NCBI RefSeq assembly: GCF_009914755.1
Contig: NC_060942.1
Reading direction: 5' to 3' (one strand)
Length of the DNA stretch: 64,000 bases
Origin: the human T2T-CHM13v2.0 reference genome, Homo sapiens
Shown here piece by piece: positions 29,746 through 40,969 of this stretch. The position numbers and the translations under genes are program-made. The notes under the pieces were generated by a model, which had not been told where the DNA came from, searched no databases, and saw only the letters and a program-made list of their open reading frames with translations. The number at the start of each line of letters is the position of its first letter. Within the stretch, counting starts at the first letter, position 1.

Positions 29746-30674
29746 AACTCAGTTTCTTATGTGGACCTTCCCAAGGTTGCATACCCAGGCCCAGTGAGTT
29801 CTCCATCATCCATGGAGACATTTTGTACACTCTTGTGGCCAGGGTGCCTCCACGGTGGTACTCACTGTGCTCGCTTGTCTGATCCTTTAAATAGTCAACT
29901 CTACTTTTGGTTCAGATGAACCTACTCAGAAATTAGAGAGCTTGTTAACCCTCTGTTCACCTGAATATTACCACCATTTAACATTGGCCAAGGACCAACT
30001 GCAGGCCAAGCACAAACACTCACCTACCTCATTTTAGGCATCTCAAAAGAAACTAAGTATGAAAAGCAGAAACTTAATAGACTATAATATAGTATATGTG
30101 AGACCACTTCAGTTAACACACACACTATATTTAATCATCCTTGGTACCATGGCTGCTGTTGAGTGTTACATTACCCATGTACTAAATTAAACTCAAGTTA
30201 CTTTTAATGTTGTCTAAAGTATTCTCATCTAAATCCACTCGTTCAAGGCCTGCATTATGAGACTCCAAGAATGTATTACTGACACTCATGGAAAATGTAT
30301 TTAACATTCTTATAAATATTATAACTCTTTTTTTTTTGGCAGAGGGCAAAATTGTTCCTTTTGCCTTTATTCAAGTGAGATTTGGCTTCTCAGCGAATCT
30401 CTGTTCTCAGCGAACTGAGAAGGTTCGACAGTGTCAGAAGGTAGGTTTTTTGTCTCCAGCCTCTCCTCCCCTCAACTTCAGAAAAATTACAGATGTTATT
30501 CAGTCAAGATCCTATAAAAATAACCCAGGTGTGGCAGATGCTGTTTCTGAACTTACAGGAGATACAAGAAGAGACTCTCTGGGGTATTAATGAAAAGATT
30601 GGGTCCAAGCGGCACCAGATAAGAAGCAATAGGAATGTACATGTTTTTACTATAATGATTACCAAGGGGTAAGC

Positions 30675-30865
30675 CATCCCCTTTTAAGGCCCTCAAAGCT
30701 GTTTTAGATTTTGATAGAGTCCACCCAGATAATTTAAAATAATCTCCTATTCCAATGTTCTTTGCTTAATCATATCTGCAAAGTTCATTTTGCCATGGAG
30801 GGTAACATAGTCCCAGGTTCTAGAGTTTAGGATGTATTCATGTTTGTGTGTGGGCTGATTATGTG
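30675..30865 (-). mobile_element. MLT1 LTR fragment
   Basis: ccacccagataat...taatcatatctgcaaagt...ggtaacatagtcccaggttctagag. Confidence 0.6.
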
Positions 30866-31050
30866 TTAGGTCCAGCTCCTTCTCAAGAACGTTCAGTTTT
30901 CAGAACTCCTATGTGCCCAGGTTGTTGATGAAGAGGGGCATAGGACAATTATTCCAACAACTCAGACAATAACATTTTTGTCTGAAAGAATCTAATAGTA
31001 GAAAGAGGAAAGATTCCATTTTGCAGAAGTCAAAAGATTTTATTTCTAAA

Positions 31051-31107
31051 TGTGTGTATGTGTGTGTGTGTGTGCACGCACGTGCGTGTGTGTGTGTGTG
31101 TGTGTGT
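31051..31107. repeat. (TG)n tract with central CpG palindrome
   Basis: seen directly. Confidence 0.95.
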
Positions 31108-31771
31108 TAGAAAAAGGGTCAAGGAGTATCATCCAGGAATAAAAAGATTTAGAGTCAGACCTGCATTTGTTTGGGTTTGTCCCTGTATAGTAGGCAGAAT
31201 AATCCCCCCCCGCCTCCACTGCCAAACACATGCATACACACGTACACACACACAGGAGCACATCCTAATTTCTAGAGCCTGCAAATATGCTAACCTAAAT
31301 AGCAAAAGGAACTTTGCAGAAGTGATTAGGTTAAGAATACTGAGCAAGGACATGAATAGACAATTCTCACAAGAAGATATACAAATGGCCAACATATGAA
31401 TAAATGCTCAGCATCAGTAACGATCAGGGAAATGCAGATCAAAACCACAATGCACTACCACCTTACTCCTGCAGGAATGGCCATAGTCAAAAAATTAAAA
31501 AATAATAGATGTTAGTGTGGATGCAGTGAAAAGGGAACACTTTTACACGGCTGGTGGGAATGCAAACTAGTACAACCACTATGGAAAACAGTGTGGAGAT
31601 TCCTTAAAGCACTAAAAGTACGACTACCATTTGATCCAGCAGTCCCACTACTGGGTATCTATCCAGAGGAAAAGAAGTTATTATACAACAAAGATACTTG
31701 CACACACATGTTTATAGCAACACAATTTGCAATTGCAAAAATATGGAAATGGCCCCAAAAACCATCAATCA

Positions 31772-32201
<430 letters not shown>

Positions 32202-32919
32202 CTATTATTCTAAGTGAAGTAACTCAGGAATGGAAAACCAAACATCATATGTTCTCACTCATAAGTGGGAGCTAAGCTACAAGGAAGCAAAGGCATAAGA
32301 ATGACACAATAGACTTTGGGGACTCAGAGGGAAAGGGTGGGAGGGAGGTGAGGGATAAAAGACTACAAATTGGGTTCAGTGAATACTGCTCGGGTGATGG
32401 GTGCACCAAAATCTCACAAATCAACACTAATGAACTTACTCTTGTAACCAAACACCACCTGTTCCCAAAAAAACTATGGAAATAAGAAAAAAAATTAAAA
32501 ATTGTAATAAGAAAAAAAGAATACTGAGCTAGGAGATTGTCTTGAATTATTTGGGTGTGTCCTGTCAAATCACCTGGGTCCTTATGAGGGAAAGAGGAGG
32601 TGCAGGAGAGTCAGAGTAAAAGATGGAGATGGAGCAACGGAAGCAGAGGTCGGAGAGAGATGAGAGAGCTGAAGATGCTATGCTGCCAGCTTTGAAGATA
32701 GAGGAAGGGGCCATGAGCCAAGGAATGCAGGCAGCCTCTAAAAGCTGGAAGAGGAAAGGGAATAAATTCTCCCCTAGAGCCTTCAGAAGGAATCAGCCCT
32801 GCCAACCCATTTTAGACTTCTGACCTTCCTGGACTTTGAGAAAATGCATTTGTGCTATTTTTAAACCACAAGGTTTATAGTGCTCTGTTACAGTGCCAAT
32901 ACGAAATGAATATACCCTA

Positions 32920-33220
32920 CTTTAGCACTTAGGAAGTGCTAGCTTACTCTTGAGCAAGTTGCTTAACCAGGTTGAGCCTCACTTTGTGCATCTATAAAGG
33001 GAAGTAGCAGTCACACTTATTTTACAGGGCTGTCCTGTAAGGACTGGGTGAGGCCATGCCTGTTAGGATTAATTGCCATCTTGGCCTCCACTGCTGTGAC
33101 TATAGGTCACATCCTTAACATCTCTGTATCTCCTCTTCCTCCTCTATGGAATGTGACTAAACCACCTCCCCAGGATGGTTGTGAGGATCAGATGAAGGAA
33201 TAATGTAAATCGAGTATTTA
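32920..33220 (+). mobile_element. Two MIR fragments
   Basis: ttgagcaagttgcttaacc...gagcctcacttt...catctataaa; ggatggttgtgaggatcagatga. Confidence 0.65.
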
Positions 33221-33571
33221 AGGTGTGATTCGGTTAAGTAAGAGTAATTCTTTCAGCTTTTGCTTGGCTAATGCCCAGGGAGGCTTCACTTCCCTCTGGT
33301 TTGCAAGACAAGCCTTGTGCCTCTTCCCATCCCCACTAGGCCAGCATTTACCACCCTCTACTGCAGGGCTGAGTTTAGGTCTTCCTCTCTCACTGTCCAT
33401 GAGTCCCTGGAGCATAGCCCTGTCTGATTCATGTTTGCATCTCCAGATCCTTGCTGTGGGTATTTGCTAGAGTTACAGAAGCCATGCAAACCTTCTCTTT
33501 CTTTGCCACACTCAATCCCCGGCCCCCTTTTTTGCTACTGCTCTATGACTGAAACTATTTTGCTGTAAACC

Positions 33572-33752
33572 AGTAGTTTTCAACCCTGGTACACATTAAG
33601 ATCACCTGGGGAGCTTTTAAAAAAATTACTGGTGTCCAAGCTCCACCCTGGACCAATTAAATGAGCTCTCTAGGGGTGGGGCCTGGACATCAGTAATTTT
33701 TTAAAAGCTCCCCAGGCGATTTCAATGTACCGGCAGGGCTGAGAAGCAATTC
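33572..33752. mobile_element. MER5A-type hAT-Charlie MITE
   Basis: cagtagttttcaacc...atcacctggggagcttttaaaaaa...ttttttaaaagctccccaggcgat...ctgagaagca with internal inverted repeats. Confidence 0.88.
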
Positions 33753-35534
33753 GACGCTCAGCCAGTCACATCTGAACTGCTAATTCTGAACTCAGAGTTC
33801 AAATCGGAAGGGAGAGGTCATTTATCTATTCTTCTCACCAAGTCTCAAACTGTCCTCGTTCTTAAAGACACAGATTCCAACTCTCTTTGAGACAGAATGT
33901 CAGAAAGGTGAATGTCAGAAACTATACAAACGATACAAGTGAATGCTCTGCAATCAGGCCAAAGGAAGAATGGCACTTGTTTTTTCTAGTTGCTTAAAAT
34001 GGTGGTCTACAACCGTTAAGTCCAGTTTGCAGACCAGAGAACTAGAAGCATACACTTGAGGAAATGATTCCAGACAGAGGGGAGAATGCTACTAAATCTA
34101 TACTTTTGTCTTATCTAAAGAAATATTTCTGCTTCAGCATATGAAAACGGGGAATTGTGCTGGCCACCATGTAAGTAAATTGACAGTCTTCTGTGAGCCA
34201 ACCCTAACTGCAGTGCCACTGCAAGTCCCAGGACTACATTGTGGGGCACTGAGAAGTCCCAGAAGCCTCCCTGGACATTAGCCAAGCAAATTAACACAGA
34301 GCAGGTTGACACAGAGCATTCAGGAGGTGTCCTGGGCCTAGCACAAGGTTCTCCCTTTCCACTCCCAGGCTGAACTGAAACACATCAAATCACCCCAGGC
34401 TTTTCTTTTTAATATACAATTTCATTTCAAAGCCCCTTTTGATAGTGCTGGTGACTGTGACACATTGACACAACTATCAGAATGAAAGGTGGTTGACAAT
34501 ATCAGGAATGAAACTCTTCTATCCCTTCCAAGAAATGTGTGCACAACTACATTTATAGAAAAAAAAAAAGTTGCTACATGGGAGCTGAATGGGCCAATAA
34601 CAATTTCCACTTTTATTTCCAGGTCTACTAAAATTGGACTAGTGTTCTAGGACAGAGTATATGACTTAAAGCTCAAAAGCTAACTATGGCTTATGAAATA
34701 AACTTCATTTCATAGATCAGCATTCACTACATTTAAAGTGGACTTTTTTGGTGGGAGTTTTAAAAATCCATTAAAGCAATGTGTTTTATATGCCACTGTA
34801 CATTACTATAAAAGAAGTTTAAAATCCAACTCTAATAACCTCAAGAAAATGCTCAGCCTTTACTACCAAGTCATTGAGTAATAGCCCCAAGATTGTCATC
34901 TCTCCTGATAGATGGCTCTTCTCTAGCTGGCAGAGGAATATTTATGATCCCCATTAAATATATATGAGTAAATGATACAATGGCTTGAATGGCAATTAAT
35001 ACACATGAAAATAACCAATAATAAATATTCTTTTTATAAATGATTATAATTTGACAGTACTGAAATAATTTCATCCAGTTCTTCAAATTATGCTAATACT
35101 GCTTCCCCTCTTTCCTTCTTTTATTTCTCCACGTTGCTTGGTACACAGCACACACACTCACAAACTCACACACAATGGCAATTACTATCATCTAAAATTA
35201 TATGCAGTCAGCTATAAATATACATATGTAAAAAAAAGACTTACATGTGTTCTCTCTAATTATGACAGTCCCTAGTTTTCTTTATGTATTAAGTTAAATA
35301 TTTAAGAAGCAGCTTATTTTTCCTATTGTATTCCATTTCTGTAATAAAACTTTTTCCCTAAAGGTACAAAGTTTAGGAAGAAAAACATTCTGTGCTTGGA
35401 GATTATAAATCACGACCTATTTAAGTGTAGTTCAAATGCCAAGAAACATTTGAAATGTTTTTGATAGGTTTCATTTTTTAAAAATATGCTTGAGCTTTTA
35501 TTCTCTGATCAATCTGTACCTTTGTACCTTTCTC

Positions 35535-36020
35535 TTTACATTTTAAGGTATACTTTATACATAAAATGCATGTACAGTGTGTCATTTGGTGAGTTTTGAT
35601 GAATGTACACAGCTGCGTAACAAACACCCCCATTAAAATACAAAACATTCCCATCATCTTACTAAGCTTCTTCATATCCCTTTGTAGTCTGTCTCCCCAC
35701 TACTTACTTCCAGATGTGACCCCTATTATGATTTCCTTCACTATAACTTATTCTCGCCTATTCTACAACTTCACACAGTGGAATCAGATAGTACCTGCTC
35801 TTTTAAGCTGGCTTCTTCTGCTGTATGTATTACTGCTGTATGTGTTACTATGTTGTAATGGCTTGAGATTCATCTATGTTGTATGTAATTAGTAGTTCCT
35901 TTTTATTGCTGAGTGTTAGCATCCCATTAATCTGTTAATGAACATTTGGGTTGTTTCAGTTTGGGGTCATTTTAAATAAAGCTGCTATGAAAATTCTTGT
36001 ACAAATCTCTCAGACACATG
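35535..36020 (-). mobile_element. L1MB/ME 3' end
   Basis: gagttttgatgaatgtacacagctgcgtaac...gagattcatctatgttg...gaacatttgggttgtttcagtttgggg. Confidence 0.82.
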
Positions 36021-36189
36021 TAAATATCTAAGTTACATATCTAATGTTACACACTTTATATGGAGAAATCAAGTAAAGATGTTTATGTCTCTTTTCTGCA
36101 ACCCCCAGTGCATATCAGGATCTAAAGGGTCTAAAGCAGATAAACACATAGGTATGTGGTGGGGTGCTGGCCAATACAGTGTCCTAGCT

Positions 36190-36320
36190 CTTTTAGGACT
36201 ATGTGAGCCCCTTATTTAGCACCTTTTATATACACAGAATTGGTTTTGTTTTCCTCCTGCCTAGTATAGCATCTGGCACATAGGTGAAAAACAACTCATG
36301 AATTCTTACTGAATTTTAAA
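36190..36320 (+). mobile_element. L2 3' end fragment
   Basis: tgcctagtatagcatctggcacatagg. Confidence 0.55.
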
Positions 36321-38612
36321 ATACATGCATAATTGACTGAATAGGTAGATATAAGAATGAATAAGTGAATGCTTTTTGAAGTTACATATAAGTGAGTACA
36401 ACTTTGAAGAGGATCGTGGCTATCATGATAAAATCTAGAATGAAGCTTTTTTTTCTGTCACCCAGGTGTGGTCCTACTTTCTAAAATTCAGAAAAGAATA
36501 AATAGCTTTGAACATATCAAAGCAATATAAATCCAAGAATTATACTGGGGTGAGTTGGTTAAATGTCTTCTCCTGATGCTGTTTTAAAATACAAAAACTG
36601 ACTTAGCAAAATCCCTGGGTACCAAGTTTCTTGGCCTAACTCCTAAGGGTGGTAGATGACTAGACAACATTACCTTCTCTAAGGGTGGTATAAAAAATAA
36701 GAAGTCTTCTTGAAAATACTCACTTACCTTCTAGGAACACACCATGTTAGGAGGGAATGCTTCTTTCCCATTCCAGAGGTTTCCTTCCATTTGGAGAGAA
36801 CACAACACTCCTGGCCTCGTTCCATATTGTCCTTCACTCTTCCCCTGGGAGGAGGAGGAATCAGTTATCCGGGAATGAGCTGGAGAGAAGAAACTGAGCA
36901 TATTTCCCAGCCGTTTTCTCTCTTCCTGCTCTTGAGAATTAACAGTCCATAGGAAGCAAACATTTTGCCCTGCTTCTCCACACCCCAAGTTCTCTGGGGC
37001 AGGCTCCCCTGGGTGGGGGCCGGTGGTGATCCAGCTAATGTGACCCACCCATAAAGTCTGTCTCATTCTGAGGCTCTATATTATGAAACCGACTTGCCTG
37101 CAGATATAAGCCACATTCTCCAGTATCAGGATAAGAAGGTGATACTGTGGTCTCTTGTCTGTCATATTTTTTATTTTATTTCTCGCACTGTTTAGTAACT
37201 CCAGCGGGGAAGAAAGTGTTATTTGTTTGCCTCTTCATATTCCCTTGAATCTTGAACTCATGGCTTGCCTCCATCCCTAAATGGCCTCAAAAAGCTATCT
37301 GATACATTTTCTTGCTCTTGAAAGAGTCATATTGAATTACTTCAAAAGTATCAAGTAGCCTAAATATATAAAGTGGTAGTTGCATTACATGGCAGAAGAG
37401 CTGAAAATTAAATGATTTTGAAGATTTATGGTCCAGATTAAATATTGCCCCTATTGTCATCCCACATATGGAACAGAGGACCTGAGTATAATCTCTTTTA
37501 CAGATAAAAAGTCAAAGACACGGAGAAGATCATCCAATGATTCTCAGGCAGAGAGGAGTTGGACCATCCTACTTTTTTTTCCCTGTTACTTCATCTTTAC
37601 TATTTCACATTTTCGGCCAACAAATCAAGGTACAAACAGAATTTATTTCACATTAATATATTAACTGGATTTTTTGTCAAATAAATAGGGAATTCTCTTT
37701 AAATAACCATCTCCTTACTTCATGGCCAGTGCAGGAATGAACTAGAGCAAATGTCAGTGTGTCCGGGGGCATGAGGCTTATAGGAAAGAGGCAGGCTGAG
37801 GGGCTCCAGCCAGCATGCAGGGTCAGGGGCCCTCATTCCTGGCCCACCCAGGTGGCACAAAGGCACAGATATGCATTCTCTAGTTCCAGTAGAGAAGCCC
37901 CTTCTAGAGGGAAGAGAGAGGAGACGGAAAGCAAATTCCAGAAACACTAGCAGAAAGCAGGGAGGCTTCCTCCCCAGCCTCAGTGGGCTTGTCCTGATGC
38001 CACTCAAGTCCTAGAAGCTCATTTTACAGCCTCAAAAGTCACATGGAGTTGGCAACACCATGACCCAGGACAGGGAAGGGGAGGGTGACAGTGGCTGGGG
38101 CCAGAACCTGGCTGAGTGGAATCTGGGCTGACCGTCCGCACATGGTGGCCTTTCCAGGCCAGGCACAGACCAGAGGAGGGAATGTGAACCAGGCCTGGCG
38201 GGGGTCTCTGGGAAGACACCTGGCTGGTCTGAGGCGGCTCATGAGGCTGAGTGTAGAGTGGCTGCCAGACCAAGAGAGCTGGACTGCAGTGGATGAGGTG
38301 GCCAGAGTCCCTGTGTAGGGAGAAGCTACGAGAGTGAAATGGGACCGGGAGGGTGGGGGGCGGGGGTAACGCCCTGTGCTCCCGAGAGCCCCGAGATGTG
38401 AGGGAAGCATGCGGCTGGGAAGCGGAGCAGGGCCTCTCCCGAGGCCAGGGACCCAACTGTCCCCCAGCGCTCGTTCCTGGTAACTGTTTATGATCAGACC
38501 TAGAGGAAGAACGAGGCCCTTTCTCACCTCCCCCAGCCCCAGCCGCAGCCCTGAGGGAAGGGGTAGGAAACAAGGACTGGGAGGTAGGCAGGAGGCTGGA
38601 GGTAGGAGGCGT

Positions 38613-39383
38613 CTACTGGGTCTTCTTATCTTCCCTCGGGTAAGATGGCGGAGGCTGCTTCGTGGGCATGGAGACGTGGTGTGGTTTGCCTGGGTTATAA
38701 TAGGTGCTGGCAGCTGCTTTTGTGGCCCTGGCTTCGGCTGCAGGAGTGCAGGGAACATCTGGGCTGACCGGAGGTTCCATGGGCCCAGGACAGGGCAGTG
38801 GCGGGGGTTGCACATACCCCATGGCCCTGTCCATCTTGGGAGGTCCTGGATAGAACTCAGGGGAAGGTGGTGGAGAAGGGCAGCCAGGAGGGCAGGGATA
38901 CATTCCACTAGTGACTGGCGGGGGAAAGACACATGTCCTGCCAGGCACGTGAGAGTGGCCGTAGGCTCCACTGAGGGCTTCACCCCTGGACGCTTGAGAT
39001 GTCACCTGGAGCACCTGCTGTCCAGATTCAGTGGCGCCCCCTGCCGTGAAGGCGGACTTGCCGGAAGCAGAGCCTTCCCAGCCACCGCCTGCTTCGGTGT
39101 TCACTGTTCCCTTGATGCAGTTTGTGTCAAACACAGGCTGCTTGATCTCATAGGCCTTCAAGAGATAAAATGACATTACGAAGGACTGCGTGGCATCCTT
39201 CGCCCTGGACAGAAAGATGAAAGGGGTAAGGTAGATGGTGCCTTTCTTGGTCCCTTTGGAGGCCTCTGGCACATTATTCATGTCACTGAACGTAAGTTTC
39301 ACATGATCGTAGGGCATTGGGATGCTCTCAGTGTTGTTGGCGATCACTCTGCTGCCCTCTGAGTGACTCTCGTTGAGCACCAT
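38613..39383 (-). CDS. Intact 256-aa WBP2-like ORF in the retrocopy (PH-GRAM-like N-terminus, proline-rich C-terminus); translation unproven
   Basis: [10 protein letters not shown]...[12 protein letters not shown]...[11 protein letters not shown]...EDKKTQ; cognate start and stop; Kozak context gatATGg. Confidence 0.4.
   Translation of the reverse strand: MVLNESHSEGSRVIANNTESIPMPYDHVKLTFSDMNNVPEASKGTKKGTIYLTPFIFLSRAKDATQSFVMSFYLLKAYEIKQPVFDTNCIKGTVNTEAGGGWEGSASGKSAFTAGGATESGQQVLQVTSQASRGEALSGAYGHSHVPGRTCVFPPPVTSGMYPCPPGCPSPPPSPEFYPGPPKMDRAMGYVQPPPLPCPGPMEPPVSPDVPCTPAAEARATKAAASTYYNPGKPHHVSMPTKQPPPSYPREDKKTQ
39032..39050 (-). promoter_or_regulatory. CTCF core-motif match inside the retrocopy
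   Basis: TTCACGGCAGGGGGCGCCA against core CCRSYAGRKGGCRS: one mismatch. Confidence 0.5.
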
Positions 39384-39677
39384 ATCTTTCCGAAAGCAGC
39401 CCCGAGATGCCCCATCCTGCAGTTGACCAGCCCACGGTGGTAGCTACATCTTCACAAATGTGACTTTTAGGTAGAGAAGCAACTCAGGGGAATCCACACC
39501 CTCCCAAAGAAATCTTGAAGTTAGCCTAGGTCTTCCATATTTAGAAGGTCAGTGGAGGCAGGCCAAGGACTAAGCTTACAAACAAATTTTTGTGTTCCTT
39601 TAATGGGCCAGTGAAATGGCTCAGTCATTTAGGTGACCCTCATAGAGAGATTTCAGCTAGTAATTATGTTGCTTAAG

Positions 39678-39770
39678 GGAGGGGGTGGGGAGGACTGTTC
39701 TCCTCTCTTTCCACGCGGTCATTTGCACGTGGAAGTTTCTGCTTTTCATATCTGTGGCAGTGCCACGTGC
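39678..39770. promoter_or_regulatory. CACCC box, E-box and ETS motif cluster
   Basis: GGGGTGGGG ~39682-39690, CACGCG 39712-39717, CACGTG 39726-39731 and 39764-39769, GGAAGT 39731-39736. Confidence 0.4.
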
Positions 39771-40112
39771 AGCGCTCTCCTCGGAGTGTCAGCTCTGGAA
39801 AGATGCTATTGCTCCGAGGACTGGTCTTTGAATTTCTGAGGGTGAAGGATTGGCTTTGGTCAGCAGTCATCTTCTTGTCACAGTTGGGCACATCCTCAGG
39901 CTATAAAATCTCTCTAATGCTAGGTCCCCACTAGTCTCTTTAATGAGATCCTGGACAGACCTGTAGAGAGGCCCCACGATCCTTCTCCAGAGACCAAGGG
40001 GAGCTTGGAGGAGAGGGACAGTCCCAAATGCTGCCACCCTACCATTTCTGGTCTCAGTCTTTTTATACCAAATCTCTTATACTGCCAGTACTCTTAATTG
40101 TCTTTGCCAGAA

Positions 40113-40400
40113 GGAGGACACAGTGGCTCATGCCTGTACTCACAACAATTTGGGAGGCTAAGGCAGGAGGATCACTTAAGCCCAGGAGTTTGACACCAGC
40201 CTAGACAAAATAGTGAGACCCTATGTCTACATTTTTGTAATTAGCCAAATGTGGTGGTACACATGTGTGGTCTCAGCTATTCAGAAGGCTGAGGTGGGAG
40301 GATCACTTGAGCCTGGGAGGTAGAGGCTGCAGTAAGCTATAATTATGCCACTGCAGTGCAGCATGAGTGACACGGTGAAACTCTGTATCCCAAAAAAGAA
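40113..40400 (+). mobile_element. AluJ-type
   Basis: ggaggatcacttaagcccaggagttt...gaggctgcagtaagctataatt. Confidence 0.93.
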
Positions 40401-40421
40401 GAGACAATTTTTAAAATATTC

Positions 40422-40540
40422 TTTTAGAGATGGGGGTCTGTGTTGCCAAGGCTGGTCTTGAACTCCTGGCTTCAAGCAATCCTCTCGTCTCAGCCTCTCT
40501 AGTAGCTAGGATTACAGACAGGCACCACTGCACCCAGTTT
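40422..40540 (-). mobile_element. Alu left monomer (FLAM-like)
   Basis: agagatgggggtctgtgttgccaaggctggtcttgaactcctggcttcaagcaatcctc...cactgcacccag. Confidence 0.88.
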
Positions 40541-40632
40541 ATGAGGAAATTTAAAAATTCCTTTTTTAAAAATGAACTTGATCTCAATATTCCCAGCCAA
40601 ACATTCCCATCATTTTCTTGGATAGTCTAAAT

Positions 40633-40969
40633 CAGTGGTTCCCCAGTCTTTTTGGCAGAAGGAACTGGTTTTGTGGAAGACAGTTTTTCCACAGACCAAG
40701 GTTGAGGGTGGTGTCAGGATGAAACTGTTCAACTTCAGATGATCAGGCAGTACATTCTCATGAGGAGCGGGCAACCTGGATCCCTTGTATGTGCAGTTCA
40801 CAACAGGGTTCGTGCTCCTGTGATTATCTAATGCTGCTGCCGATCTGACAGGAGGCGGAGCTCAGGCAATAATGCCCGCTTGCCCACTGCTCTCCTCATG
40901 CTGTGCAGCCCGGTTCCTAATAGGCCATGGACTGGTACTGGTCCATGGCCCGGGGTTTGGGGACCACTG
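40633..40969. mobile_element. MER1B-type hAT-Charlie element, full length
   Basis: TIRs cagtggttcccca...tggggaccactg; degenerate 8-bp TSD gtctaaat/ctctacat; internal gatctgacaggaggcggagctcagg. Confidence 0.9.

Larger units (their letters stand above)
37573..39411 (-). pseudogene. WBP2P1: Processed (retroposed) copy of WBP2 mRNA: short 5' UTR, intronless CDS, ~1 kb 3' UTR, poly(A) remnant
   Basis: Translation is colinear with WBP2 and has no introns. Minus-strand AATAAA at 37642-37647 and AGTAAA at 37596-37601 precede A8 at 37573-37580. Candidate TSD ccatcctac (37564-37572) / ccatcctgc (39412-39420). The symbol is from recall and not verified. Confidence 0.9.

Noticed and set aside
38019-39173. 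Overlapping ORFs of 314 aa (-), 184 aa (-) and 227 aa (+) across the WBP2 copy
   Set aside because: Alternative-frame and antisense shadows of GC-rich sequence; the 314-aa ORF starts at GTG; no recognisable domains
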